Source: Saltatorellus ferox (GTDB lineage: Bacteria; Planctomycetota; UBA1135; GCA-002686595). Taken from it: DNA of 24,000 bases. The stretch is taken from positions 3,391,524-3,415,523 of the forward strand of contig NZ_CP036434.1 in the NCBI RefSeq assembly GCF_007751475.1, in the 5' to 3' direction. The notes under the pieces were generated by a model. That model did no database searches and was not told where the DNA came from. It was given only the letters and a program-made list of their open reading frames with translations. Shown here one piece after another: positions 1 through 9,867 of this stretch. The position numbers and the translations under genes were made by a program. Within the stretch, counting starts at the first letter, position 1. Every line of letters begins with the position of its first letter.

Positions 1-722
1 GTTCCTTCTGCGCCCGTGACGGGCGAAGTCGGCACCAGCACCTCGGGAACGCGGAACTCCTTGATGAGTTCGCCGTCGCGGACGACCTCGACGGTCGGGT
101 CCGCGCTCTTGATCTTTGCGAAGAGGTCCGCGGAGTAAGGGTTGCCGAAGGGATCATTGGCGACCAGGCGGACGGCGCCCGGGGCGCGCAGGATCGTGTC
201 GACTGCCGGTGACAGCTGGAGGTCACCCTTGGCGTGAGGAGCGTAGACGACGAGGTACTCGATCGGAGTGCCAGGGGCGACGTCGGGACGGCGCACGCGG
301 CTGATGATCTCAACGACGTCCGCGCCGTCTTCGTTGTTTGCGTAGCGAGAGACGACTTCCACCTGGGTGGGGGAGGCCGTCGGGTCAGCGGAAGAGATGA
401 CGGCCAGGGGAACCTGGGCGTCATCAGCGGCGAACGTTCCGCGCGGGACGGGAAGCGTCGCGCGAAGCAGGAAGTCTGGAACAGCAGGAGCGTTCATCCG
501 GACCTTGCCAACGACGTATCCGTCGTTTTCGAAGTCGAAGGTGGGCGAGCTGACGACTCCGTCGTCGCCGAGGCCCACGCTGCTACTGGTGTCACCACCG
601 CAGCCCGCTGCAAAAATGGCGAATGCGCTGAGCGCGGTAAATCGTGCGACGTAAGCCGTCGCATACTTCTCGTCACCTTTACGCCCAGGCGTAAAGGGAG
701 CGGAGCCCCTCATCATCGTCAT
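1..722 (-). CDS. putative lipoprotein, N-terminal portion only (C-terminus lies beyond the left window edge)
   Basis: Missing from the ORF track because no stop lies in the window. Hand translation of the minus strand from ATG 722..720 gives MTMMRGSAPFTPGRKGDEKYATAYVARFTALSAFAIFAAGCGGDTSSSVGLGDDGVVSSPTFDFENDGYVVGKVRMNAPAVPDF..., open down to base 3. It has a lipobox-like FAAGC, GAGGA 8 nt upstream of the ATG, and strongly G/C-biased third positions. No family recognised. Confidence 0.6.
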   Translation of the reverse strand, partial: MTMMRGSAPFTPGRKGDEKYATAYVARFTALSAFAIFAAGCGGDTSSSVGLGDDGVVSSPTFDFENDGYVVGKVRMNAPAVPDFLLRATLPVPRGTFAADDAQVPLAVISSADPTASPTQVEVVSRYANNEDGADVVEIISRVRRPDVAPGTPIEYLVVYAPHAKGDLQLSPAVDTILRAPGAVRLVANDPFGNPYSADLFAKIKSADPTVEVVRDGELIKEFRVPEVLVPTSPVTGAEG

Positions 723-945
723 GGTAGTTGTCCTCGTTTGCCCTCGAGAGACGAGACAGCTGCAGTGCGAGCGCCGCCCTGCTGATGTGTCCACGAAGGA
801 AATCGGATTTGCCACAGGGCGGTCTGAAGCGCCGGTAAGCGAAATGTGTGGCGCGCCTCACCGAATGCGCTGGACTGGGACCGCATGGCGGGCCACGCCT
901 GAATAGCGGCCACTTCCAGGGCCTTTCGTGGGTGCCCCAAACAGA

Positions 946-983
946 GAAGGGGCGAGGCCGCATTCCTGCGCCCTCGCCCCTTC
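946..983 (-). terminator. candidate intrinsic terminator downstream of boxB
   Basis: 12-bp perfect inverted repeat GAAGGGGCGAGG (946-957) / CCTCGCCCCTTC (972-983) with a 14-nt loop, 37 nt after the boxB stop. On the minus-strand transcript the stem is followed by TCTCTGTTTGG, a modest U-tract. Confidence 0.5.
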
Positions 984-1019
984 ACTTCATTCCCGCTGAC
1001 GCGGTGCTTTCTCGTGGCT

Positions 1020-2438
<1,419 letters not shown>

Positions 2439-2613
2439 GGATGTTGTCTCCGTTGAAAGGAAGATGCGGCCCGGAGGCCAGGGTGAATCGTAGGGGCGAG
2501 TGAGAGCCTGAGCAGGCCTGGCTCTGGCTCGACGCGCATCTGCGTTAGCTGATGCGCCAGGGGCATCGAACAGCGAGCAAAATGGAATTTTGCTCAGGCT
2601 GTGAGCGATAGAA

Positions 2614-4311
2614 TCAGGTTCGCTCGACCTTGAACTCAGGACGCATCGGCGTGCCGTAGCAGCTGAGCGCGCCGCGTTCGCCAACGGCGTTCGGGCGCTG
2701 GAAGATCCAGTTCTGCCAGGCGGTGAGCCGCCCGAAGATCTTGGTCTCCATGGTTTCGGGGCCGGCGAAGCGCAGGTTCGCTTCCATGCCGGTGAGGGCG
2801 TCGGGCGAGAAGCTCGCGCGCTCCTCGATGGCCATGCGAAGCTCGTCCTCCCAGTCGATGTCGTCCGGGGCGAACGTCGCGAGGCCCAGATCATTGGCCT
2901 CATCGGCCGGGATCTGACGCATGCGCTCGAGGATCATGGCGACGCGAGTCGGCTCGCCGAGGAAGCGAGTCTCCAGGCGTGAGATGCCGTTCGCCATCGG
3001 GAACATCCCCGCGTTCGCGACCGTGACGCCGAGGTGCACGTCGAAGTCGGGGTCGTCGAGCACGTAGATGCGGTCGCTCGCGAGCGCGAGCTCGAGGAAC
3101 GTGCCGGTGAACGTGGTGCCGTCGCCCGCGAGGGCGTAGAAGCTCTTCGCGGTCACGTCGAGGCGCTTGAGAACGCGCTTGACGAAGTGCTTGACCTCGT
3201 TCACGAACCAGGAGTCGTGCTCCTCGTGACTGCCTGCCATGAGGCCGTCGGTCGTTTCGATGGTCTCGGCGCTTCCGGTGGCGCGCAGGAGCACCAGGGC
3301 CACGTCGCGGAGATTCGTGCGCAGGTTCAGGAGCGCGTCATCGAGTTCTCGGAACGCCTGGAAGATCCACCAGGCCGCTCCCGCCTCGTAGGCTTCGCTC
3401 ACGCTTGCGGGGCGCGTGTCGGGAGCGTGGATCGAGAGGTTCGCCGTACGCTGGGCCGGGTCGATCTCCATCGTCACGTACTCGTAGGTCCACGTGTTGC
3501 CGTCGACCTTCGCGACGATGTCCGGGAGCTCGACCCCCTTGGCCTTCGGGCGAGCGTCACACTGTTCGGCCAGCTCGCGCGCCTCCTCGGCGACGACCTC
3601 GTCCCACTGGGACAGCGAGGCGATGCGGTCGACGAGGTTCCACTCGACGGCGCGCTTGCCCTTAATGCCCTCGGCGATGCTGGAGAACACGTCGCAGCGG
3701 TCGCGACGCACCTTGCGCTTGTCCGTGATTCGGGTGAGTCCGCCGGTTCCGGGAAGCACGCCGAGGAGCGGCACCTCGGGGAACGACACGGCGCTGTTGC
3801 GGTCGTCGACGAGGAGGATGCGATCGCAGGCGAGCGCCAGCTCGTAGCCGCCGCCGGACGCCGTACCATTGAGCGCGGCGAGGAAGCGCTTGTTCGAGTT
3901 CGCCGAGGCGTCCTCGATGCCGTTACGGGTCTCGTTCGTGAACTTGCAGAAGTTGACCTTCTCGCTGTGAAGGCTGCTCCGCAGCACCACGATGTTCGCG
4001 CCCGCGCAGAACACGCGATCCAGCGCTCCCGTCATGACCACGGCGCGAACCTGCGGGTACTCGAAGCGCAGGCGCTGGATGGCATCGGCGAGTTCGATGT
4101 CCACCGAGAGGTCATAGCTGTTGAGCTTGAGCTCCACGTCCTCGCGCAGGCCACCGAACGGCTCGACGTTCATCGCCAGGGTGGCGACGTCGCCGTCGAC
4201 ACTCAGATCCCAGTGCTTGTAGCGGCTCGGGTGCGTGGCGAACCGGATGGTCTGGGCGCTGGTCGCATCCGGGCCGGTGCCGGCCTGGCTCTGTTCTTGA
4301 GTCGTGGTCAC
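2614..4311 (-). CDS. boxC: 2,3-epoxybenzoyl-CoA dihydrolase / benzoyl-CoA-dihydrodiol lyase BoxC (crotonase superfamily)
   Basis: C-terminal 565 aa of track ORF 2614..5079. Crotonase signature VRAVVMTGALDRVFCAGANI, a second degenerate crotonase-like half, and BoxC-like size and position next to boxB. The start is placed at GTG 4311 (VTTTQEQSQAGTGPD...). No clear SD, so the start is uncertain by some tens of nt. The upstream 256 aa of the ORF overlap boxR antisense and look non-coding. Confidence 0.85.
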   Translation of the reverse strand: MTTTQEQSQAGTGPDATSAQTIRFATHPSRYKHWDLSVDGDVATLAMNVEPFGGLREDVELKLNSYDLSVDIELADAIQRLRFEYPQVRAVVMTGALDRVFCAGANIVVLRSSLHSEKVNFCKFTNETRNGIEDASANSNKRFLAALNGTASGGGYELALACDRILLVDDRNSAVSFPEVPLLGVLPGTGGLTRITDKRKVRRDRCDVFSSIAEGIKGKRAVEWNLVDRIASLSQWDEVVAEEARELAEQCDARPKAKGVELPDIVAKVDGNTWTYEYVTMEIDPAQRTANLSIHAPDTRPASVSEAYEAGAAWWIFQAFRELDDALLNLRTNLRDVALVLLRATGSAETIETTDGLMAGSHEEHDSWFVNEVKHFVKRVLKRLDVTAKSFYALAGDGTTFTGTFLELALASDRIYVLDDPDFDVHLGVTVANAGMFPMANGISRLETRFLGEPTRVAMILERMRQIPADEANDLGLATFAPDDIDWEDELRMAIEERASFSPDALTGMEANLRFAGPETMETKIFGRLTAWQNWIFQRPNAVGERGALSCYGTPMRPEFKVERT

Positions 4312-4395
4312 TTGGAGATCCGAGTTGGGTGGACGGAAGTTCTGAGCAGGATATCGCTCAGGCGGAGTGCGTGGATGCACTATAGTTTCCAGGGC
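4312..4395. promoter_or_regulatory. divergent boxC / boxR control region with candidate operators
   Basis: 84-bp gap between divergent starts. It contains inverted repeat CTGAGC (4342-4347) N8 GCTCAG (4356-4361), and GTGC-N6-GCAC (4367-4380) that includes a TGCA core (GATGCACTATAG). No promoter hexamers assigned. Confidence 0.4.
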
Positions 4396-5145
4396 ATGAC
4401 GAAGCAAGGGGATCAGGCGCTGCTCCAGGCGCTGGGTGCGCGTATTCGCCGCACGCGGGAGGCCCTGGGCCAAACCGTGACGGGCCTGGCGGAGCGCGCG
4501 GGCGTTTCGCGGCGTTATGTCACGGAGGCAGAGGCGGGGAGGGCGAACTTGACCGTGCTCAAGCTGGCCGCCATGGCGGGGGCCCTTCGGATGTCCCTGG
4601 CGGAGCTCTGCGACCTCCCGGCGGCCTCGCCCAGGACCGAGCGGATCGCCCTCGTGGGCCTGCGCGGCGCGGGGAAGTCCACGGTGGGGCGCCTGCTGGC
4701 CCGGGAGCTGGAGACGCCCTTCGTCGAGCTGGACGAGCGGGTGGAGCGGCTCGCAGGCCTCTCGCTGACCGCTATTTTCGACATCCAGGGCGTCGAGACC
4801 TACCGCCGGCTGGAGCGCGAGGCCCTGGAGGACGTCCTCGCCGAGGGCCAGCGCCAGGTCATCGCGACCGGCGGCTCCATCGTCACGAGCCCCGAGACCT
4901 TCGCACGTCTGCGCGAATCCTGCCGGACCGTCTGGCTCCGCGCGGCGCCCGAGGCGCATCTGGCGCGCGTTCTCAGCCAGGGTGATCATCGACCCGTCGA
5001 GGGGCACCCGCGCGCCCTCGACGAACTCCGTGAGATCCTCGCCCGGCGCGAATCGCTCTACGCCCAGGCGGACGAGCATCTACAGACGGACGAGTCGGCC
5101 CCGGCGGCCGTGGTCCAGGCGCTGCTGGAGCGCCTGGGGGCCTGA
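4396..5145 (+). CDS. boxR: BoxR/BzdR-type regulator (XRE HTH fused to shikimate-kinase-like P-loop domain)
   Basis: C-terminal part of track ORF 3034..5145. MTKQGDQALLQALGARIRRTREALGQTVTGLAERAGVSRRYVTEAEAGRANLTVLKL is an XRE-type HTH. It is followed by a Walker-A GLRGAGKST and shikimate-kinase-like sequence (FVELDERVERLAGLSLTAIFD...). It is divergent from boxC. An alternative in-frame ATG lies at 4375. Confidence 0.8.
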   Translation: MTKQGDQALLQALGARIRRTREALGQTVTGLAERAGVSRRYVTEAEAGRANLTVLKLAAMAGALRMSLAELCDLPAASPRTERIALVGLRGAGKSTVGRLLARELETPFVELDERVERLAGLSLTAIFDIQGVETYRRLEREALEDVLAEGQRQVIATGGSIVTSPETFARLRESCRTVWLRAAPEAHLARVLSQGDHRPVEGHPRALDELREILARRESLYAQADEHLQTDESAPAAVVQALLERLGA

Positions 5146-5173
5146 GGGCCTGAGTGCCTGGGGGCCCCGTCGA

Positions 5174-6160
5174 TCAGGGCTGCTCGGCCACGATCACGAA
5201 GTGCCCCTGGTCGAGCTCCTCTTCGGTGAGCGGCTCCAGCACGGTCGGCATCCGCTCGATCATCGACACGACGGCCACGTTCAGGGACGGGTCCCGCAGC
5301 TTGAGCCGCTCGACCGTCCCGAGGCCGAAGTCGCTGTGGAAGCGCCCGTTCCAGTGGATCACCTGTGGCTTCTGCCCCGTGACCGGGTCGGCGGCCGCGG
5401 CCTCCAGCGCCAGCGCCATGCTCTCGGCCATCGTGTCGTCCTTGAGGCACTGCGCCTCATAGACGCGGTTCATGATGGCGTCGTCGACTCCGTTCCCGTG
5501 GCCGCCCATGACCTCGGTGAAGCGGCGGTGGTACTCGCTGTCCATGGGCGCGTGGATCGTGCGGGCCGCCCAGGGATCGCCGATCGCGGCCCTCGCGCCA
5601 TCGCGGGCCACACGCGAGGCGATCGGGCGATAGACGTTGGCCGCGAGGACAGGGAAGCCCTGCTCCTTGCAGAACTCGACGGCGGCGCGGTAGTGCTCGT
5701 CGTAGTTGGGCCAAAGACGCGCGATGCCCTTGAACGCCTCTTCCGACAGCGCGCCGGAGAGGTACAGATCGAGGCTCGCCTGGGCGTCCCGCTCGAACAT
5801 CTCCATGGACAGGATGATGTTGCCGCGTCGCCGGCCGAGCGCTTCCGTCAGCGCCAGCTGCACCGCGTGCCCTGCCGCGTTGTCGTGCTGCTCGCCCAGG
5901 AAGACCACGTCCGCGTCGGCGAGCACGTCGACCGCTTCCTCCAGGGTGACGCTGGTGCCAGCCGGCGTTCGAATGAGGTAAGCTGGCCCGGTGGCGCCGG
6001 TCGCAGCGCGCGTCTCGGCGGAGAGCTTCAGCGGCTGCATGGACTGTCCCGGGCTGGAGCACGCAGCGGCCAGCACGAGCAGGAGGCCAGCGGGGATCCC
6101 GCGATGATGCGCCGCGCCGACTCCTGGGAGAACAGCGGCGGTTCCGTTCCGTCGTTTCAT
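5174..6160 (-). CDS. ChaN-like (haem-binding uptake / Tiki superfamily) lipoprotein
   Basis: Track ORF 5174..6178 trimmed to ATG 6160 (MKRRNGTAAV...), with GAGGA about 7 nt upstream. It has a signal peptide with lipobox LAAAC, the motif VVFLGEQHDNAAGH, and a layout typical of the ChaN/PF04187-type family as I recall it. Confidence 0.65.
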   Translation of the reverse strand: MKRRNGTAAVLPGVGAAHHRGIPAGLLLVLAAACSSPGQSMQPLKLSAETRAATGATGPAYLIRTPAGTSVTLEEAVDVLADADVVFLGEQHDNAAGHAVQLALTEALGRRRGNIILSMEMFERDAQASLDLYLSGALSEEAFKGIARLWPNYDEHYRAAVEFCKEQGFPVLAANVYRPIASRVARDGARAAIGDPWAARTIHAPMDSEYHRRFTEVMGGHGNGVDDAIMNRVYEAQCLKDDTMAESMALALEAAAADPVTGQKPQVIHWNGRFHSDFGLGTVERLKLRDPSLNVAVVSMIERMPTVLEPLTEEELDQGHFVIVAEQP

Positions 6161-6210
6161 GCGGAGATCCTCGCACAACGGAACCCGGCGCGTTCGTTTC
6201 TAATAGGGCC

Positions 6211-9200
6211 ATGCTCGTTCAGATTCTGTCTGCATGCGTCCTGTCGCTTCCCCTGCCCCTTCCAGGCGTGTCCAGCGGCTCCGCGGCGCCTCCCCTGGAC
6301 TCCACGTCAGAGCTCGCGCTGGAGGCTGGCCGCGCCGCCGTGAAGCGCGGCCAGCCGGATCGGGCGCGCGAGCACTTCGAGCGCGCCCTCGCGTCGGCGG
6401 AAACACGCGCGGAGGCGGCGTTCGAACTCGGAGAACTCGCGCGCGCGGCGGGCGACGTGGACCGAATGGCCACGGCCGCGCTGATCCACGCCGAAGCGAC
6501 CGTCGACCCCCGCGGTTCTGGCGTCGCCAGCCCGCGCGGCGCCTGGACCATCGGCGGGAAGGAACTCGACGTCCAGGGGCTCGCGAAACGCGCCGCCGCC
6601 GCGCGCGTCCAGCTCGCCAACGCGCTGCTCGGCGTCGCCCAGGACCACGAGTCCAAGGGCTCGCGCTCACCCGAGGACCTTCTGACGGCGGCCTGGTCCC
6701 GGCGCTTCGCGCTGGACCTCGTCCAGCGCACGGCGAGGGTCGCGGAGGCGATGGGTCCAGCGCTCAAGCCGGACGTCTCGGTTCCCGCGGGCGCCCACGG
6801 CCCTGTGCTGAAGGCGCTCGATCGCGTGGGGGCGCGCGCGATCGCGACCGGCGACCTCGGCACGGCGATCCGCGCGGGTCGGATCCTCCGGGGTCTCGGC
6901 GTCCAGGCGGACTTCAGCGACCTGCGCGGAGATCGGCCGAGCGGCATGGCGAAGTGGCGGGCCAAGGGGTCCGATATCCTCGACAAGGCGCGCGAGCGCC
7001 AGGCGGAGCGCTCGGACAAACCGTGGACGGTGGAGGATCTGGAGTGGCTCAGCCTGCACGAGGGCGAGTCGTTCACGCGCAGTCACTCGAGCTTCGCCGA
7101 ACCCGGTGTCGCCGTTTCGCCGCGCGGCTACTACCGGATCGAATCGGACTGCGGGTACGAGACGCTGCTCGCGGTCGCGCGAACCATCGAGGATCACCAC
7201 GAGCGGCTGGCGAACTACTTCGGGTCGGATCCGTTCGTCAGGAACGGGACGAAGGTCGAGCGCCAGGGCCTGATCCGGATCGTGCCGGACCCGAGCGGCC
7301 TCGAGGCCGAGGGTGCGCCGTTCTTCTGGGTCGGCGGCTTCCAGAGCGGAGACACGACCGTCGTGCGCCTGGCCGCGGGCACGATCGAGGGCCTCGGGCG
7401 AACGCTGACCCACGAGCTGACGCACCGCTTCGACGGGGCCCTGCACGGCGGGATTCCGGCCTGGCTCGCAGAGGGTCGCGCGGTCTGGACGGGCGGCGCG
7501 TACGCGCGAATCGAAGACCACAGCTTCGTGGACGACTACGCGTCCCACGGCACGCTCATCAGCGTCGTGAATCGTGGACTGAGCAGCCCGCGAACGCTGA
7601 CGAACATCCTGAGCGGCACGCCCGGGGACTATCGGCAGAACTACAGCGCCGGCAACGCGCTCTACGTCTTCCTTTCGACGTGGTTCCCGGGCAACGCGCC
7701 GTCGATGTCCGGGGGCCAACCGCTGTTCCGCGATCTCCTGCACACGTACGAGGACCAGGGCAAGCACCCGTCGAAGCCCGACGATCTCTTCGAGGAGTTC
7801 GTCGATCACTTCTGCGACGGAAAGAACGGCCGGCCGTCTTCGTTCGACGAGTTCCAGGAGATGTTCACGGAGTTTCTCCGGGGCTTCGCGCTGCGTGAGA
7901 AGGCGCCGTTCACGAAGCGCTACATGAACACGCTGGAGGATCGTGAGGGAGCGACCTGGATCTACGACGAGCCGACCTGGACCTGGGACTGGGTGCGAGC
8001 GGAGCCGCTGTTCGGTCAGAACCAGGCGCGCGAGGCTGGCGCGCTCTTGCTGGAGTTCGGGAAGCCCGAAGAGGCGATCCGCGCGCTCGTCTGGGCGCGC
8101 GCGGTGGACGGATACGATCCGCGTACCGCGGCGTACCTCGTCGAGGCCTTCGAGAAGCTGAAGTCCCCATCGCTGCGCGAACGTGAAGCGCTGTGGACCG
8201 TTCAGCACGAGCGCAACGGCGAGCCGTTCGCCTCGCGCGTGCACGAGAAGTCGGCGCGCGCCCGGCTCGGGGCCTTCCCCGGCGATCTCAAGGCCGTCGA
8301 TGCCTGTCTCGCCGAACTCGGCGCGGTGGCGGCGGCGCTGGCCGCAGGCGGAGCGCCGGAATCCGCGCGCCGGGTGGCGGGCGACGCCGAGCGCGTGGCG
8401 GCCTGGGCCGGAGAGAGGGTCGGAGAGAGGGCCGGAGAGGAGACGGCGGCCCCGGGGGCCGTTGACCAGGCGATCGCGATCCCACCAGGCGAGCCCGACG
8501 AACTCGGTGGCTGGGTCGAGGAGTCCCTGACCCGCCTCGACGAGGATCGACCCGAGGGGCTCTACTTCGTCGAGGACGACGGGACGCTGCTCCTCGGAAG
8601 GAACTCGGCGCGGACGTCGACCGGCCGCTTCGATCGAAACGGCGGCGGTCGCTCCTTCGTGCGCGCGTCGCGCTGGATGCTTCCGGGCACCTACCGAATC
8701 CAGACGCGGATGAACTTCACGACCGCCTACGCCACCGGTCTGATCGTGCTGGGCTGGTCGAGCCGCGAGCGGAACATCCGCATTCCGCTGACCGCAGGCG
8801 ACGTCCAGTACGCGATCGGCGAGTCGGACGAGGAGCCGTCCTTCGACAAGGTGAACTGGCGCTTCGACGGGATGCGTACGCGGGAAGGCGGTCTCTGGAC
8901 CTCCGTCCGAGGCGGCGCCATCGAGCTGGATCCGCCCAGCGCTTCCATCGAGATCGAACTGCTGATCACGGGGCCGGTGGCGAGTCTCTGGATCGCAGGG
9001 CAGTTCGCGGGCTCCTACCACACCGTCGACGGTGCGCCCATCGAGGGCTACGTCGGCTTCGGCACCATGAGCGGTACGATCGCCGTCGCGCCGCCCATCG
9101 TGCGCCGCCTGGACCGCCAGCCCGTGGCGATCCTCGACCTCGATCGCGGAACCGGCCCCGAGTTCGACCGTCTGCGCAACGTCAGCGTCTACTTCGGCGA

Positions 9201-9777
9201 TCAGATGGAGCCGCCGACGAACGGTGCCCTCGTGCTCTGGATCCCGTCGGATGGGAAGGCGGGCTCCATCTCCAGCGCGGACGACGAGGGAGGAGAACTC
9301 TCCGCCGAAGACCAGAGGGACGACATCACGCGCGAGATCGCGCGCGCCCGCCGAACCGCGGTCCAGCTACTGGAGCGAATGTCCCGCAACGGCGTGGGCC
9401 AGCCCCTCGTGGTCGCCTTCCCCCGGCGCTTCGAGAAGGTCCTCGATCGTGCGGCGTTCGACGCCGAACTCCAGGACTCCGCGCCGGAGAACAGCGTTCC
9501 GCCCAGGATCGTGTTCCACGGGGTGACGGACCCCGCCGCTGCCGAGGACGAAGCCTCGGACGAGCACCGCTTCGAAGCGATCGACCAGGGCCGCCGCTGG
9601 CTGATCTTCGTCGACGGCTTCGGCGTCGCTCGGATGTGTCAGACGTTCACGAGCGCGGCCGCGATCAGCCAGCACCAGCTGGAGCACTGGCTGACGGTCT
9701 TCCGCGATCATGGCCGCCCGGAGCGCAAGCTGCCGGAGTTCAGCCGCCCGCCGGCCGAAGAGGACGAAGGGCAGTAG
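6211..9777 (+). CDS. large secreted multidomain protein with HExxH zinc-peptidase-like motif
   Basis: 1188-aa ORF with good codon bias throughout. The hydrophobic N-terminus is MLVQILSACVLSLPLPLPGVSSG. There is an Ala/Arg-rich helical (TPR-like) N-region, and LTHELTHRFDG (HExxH) near residue 400. A region around residues 800-950 (WMLPGTYRIQTRMNFTT...GYVGFGT) resembles a jelly-roll/LamG-like domain. The C-terminal tail is acidic. Beyond the HExxH motif the assignments are weak. Confidence 0.7.
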   Translation: MLVQILSACVLSLPLPLPGVSSGSAAPPLDSTSELALEAGRAAVKRGQPDRAREHFERALASAETRAEAAFELGELARAAGDVDRMATAALIHAEATVDPRGSGVASPRGAWTIGGKELDVQGLAKRAAAARVQLANALLGVAQDHESKGSRSPEDLLTAAWSRRFALDLVQRTARVAEAMGPALKPDVSVPAGAHGPVLKALDRVGARAIATGDLGTAIRAGRILRGLGVQADFSDLRGDRPSGMAKWRAKGSDILDKARERQAERSDKPWTVEDLEWLSLHEGESFTRSHSSFAEPGVAVSPRGYYRIESDCGYETLLAVARTIEDHHERLANYFGSDPFVRNGTKVERQGLIRIVPDPSGLEAEGAPFFWVGGFQSGDTTVVRLAAGTIEGLGRTLTHELTHRFDGALHGGIPAWLAEGRAVWTGGAYARIEDHSFVDDYASHGTLISVVNRGLSSPRTLTNILSGTPGDYRQNYSAGNALYVFLSTWFPGNAPSMSGGQPLFRDLLHTYEDQGKHPSKPDDLFEEFVDHFCDGKNGRPSSFDEFQEMFTEFLRGFALREKAPFTKRYMNTLEDREGATWIYDEPTWTWDWVRAEPLFGQNQAREAGALLLEFGKPEEAIRALVWARAVDGYDPRTAAYLVEAFEKLKSPSLREREALWTVQHERNGEPFASRVHEKSARARLGAFPGDLKAVDACLAELGAVAAALAAGGAPESARRVAGDAERVAAWAGERVGERAGEETAAPGAVDQAIAIPPGEPDELGGWVEESLTRLDEDRPEGLYFVEDDGTLLLGRNSARTSTGRFDRNGGGRSFVRASRWMLPGTYRIQTRMNFTTAYATGLIVLGWSSRERNIRIPLTAGDVQYAIGESDEEPSFDKVNWRFDGMRTREGGLWTSVRGGAIELDPPSASIEIELLITGPVASLWIAGQFAGSYHTVDGAPIEGYVGFGTMSGTIAVAPPIVRRLDRQPVAILDLDRGTGPEFDRLRNVSVYFGDQMEPPTNGALVLWIPSDGKAGSISSADDEGGELSAEDQRDDITREIARARRTAVQLLERMSRNGVGQPLVVAFPRRFEKVLDRAAFDAELQDSAPENSVPPRIVFHGVTDPAAAEDEASDEHRFEAIDQGRRWLIFVDGFGVARMCQTFTSAAAISQHQLEHWLTVFRDHGRPERKLPEFSRPPAEEDEGQ

Positions 9778-9867
9778 CTTGCGAGCCCGCTCGGCCCTCG
9801 GGGCGACCATCGTGGGTGCGAGGTCGGCCGGCGGGATCGCACACCACCGTCCATATCACCGTCTGCA

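Noticed and set aside
2439-2903. N-terminal extensions of the boxB ORF (to 2903), the boxC ORF (to 5079) and the NRDE ORF (to 16349)
   Set aside because: The extensions are Arg/Ser/Pro-rich and overlap neighbouring genes or intergenic palindromes. They precede start codons that give family-typical N-termini (MSTIDY..., MC..NRDE) and sizes.
3034-4395. 5' two-thirds of the 703-aa plus-strand ORF 3034..5145
   Set aside because: It lies antisense to boxC and has a low-complexity Arg/Gly/Val/Glu-rich translation. Only the last ~250 codons (boxR) show recognisable domains. This is a typical high-GC shadow ORF.
5131-5173. GGCCTGAG GGCCTGAG TGCCTGGG near-tandem octamers and a GGGGCC...GGCCCC pairing between the convergent boxR and ChaN-like genes
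   Set aside because: The repeat is short and partly inside the boxR coding end. The stem is only 6 bp with a loop of about 20 nt and no U-tract, which is too weak to call a terminator or a repeat element.
6667-9021. 784-aa minus-strand ORF and 554-aa plus-strand ORF (6234..7898) overlapping the 1188-aa gene
   Set aside because: Their translations are extremely Arg/Pro/Gly-rich with no motifs. The 6211..9777 frame has normal composition and the HExxH motif. I treat them as GC-driven artefacts.
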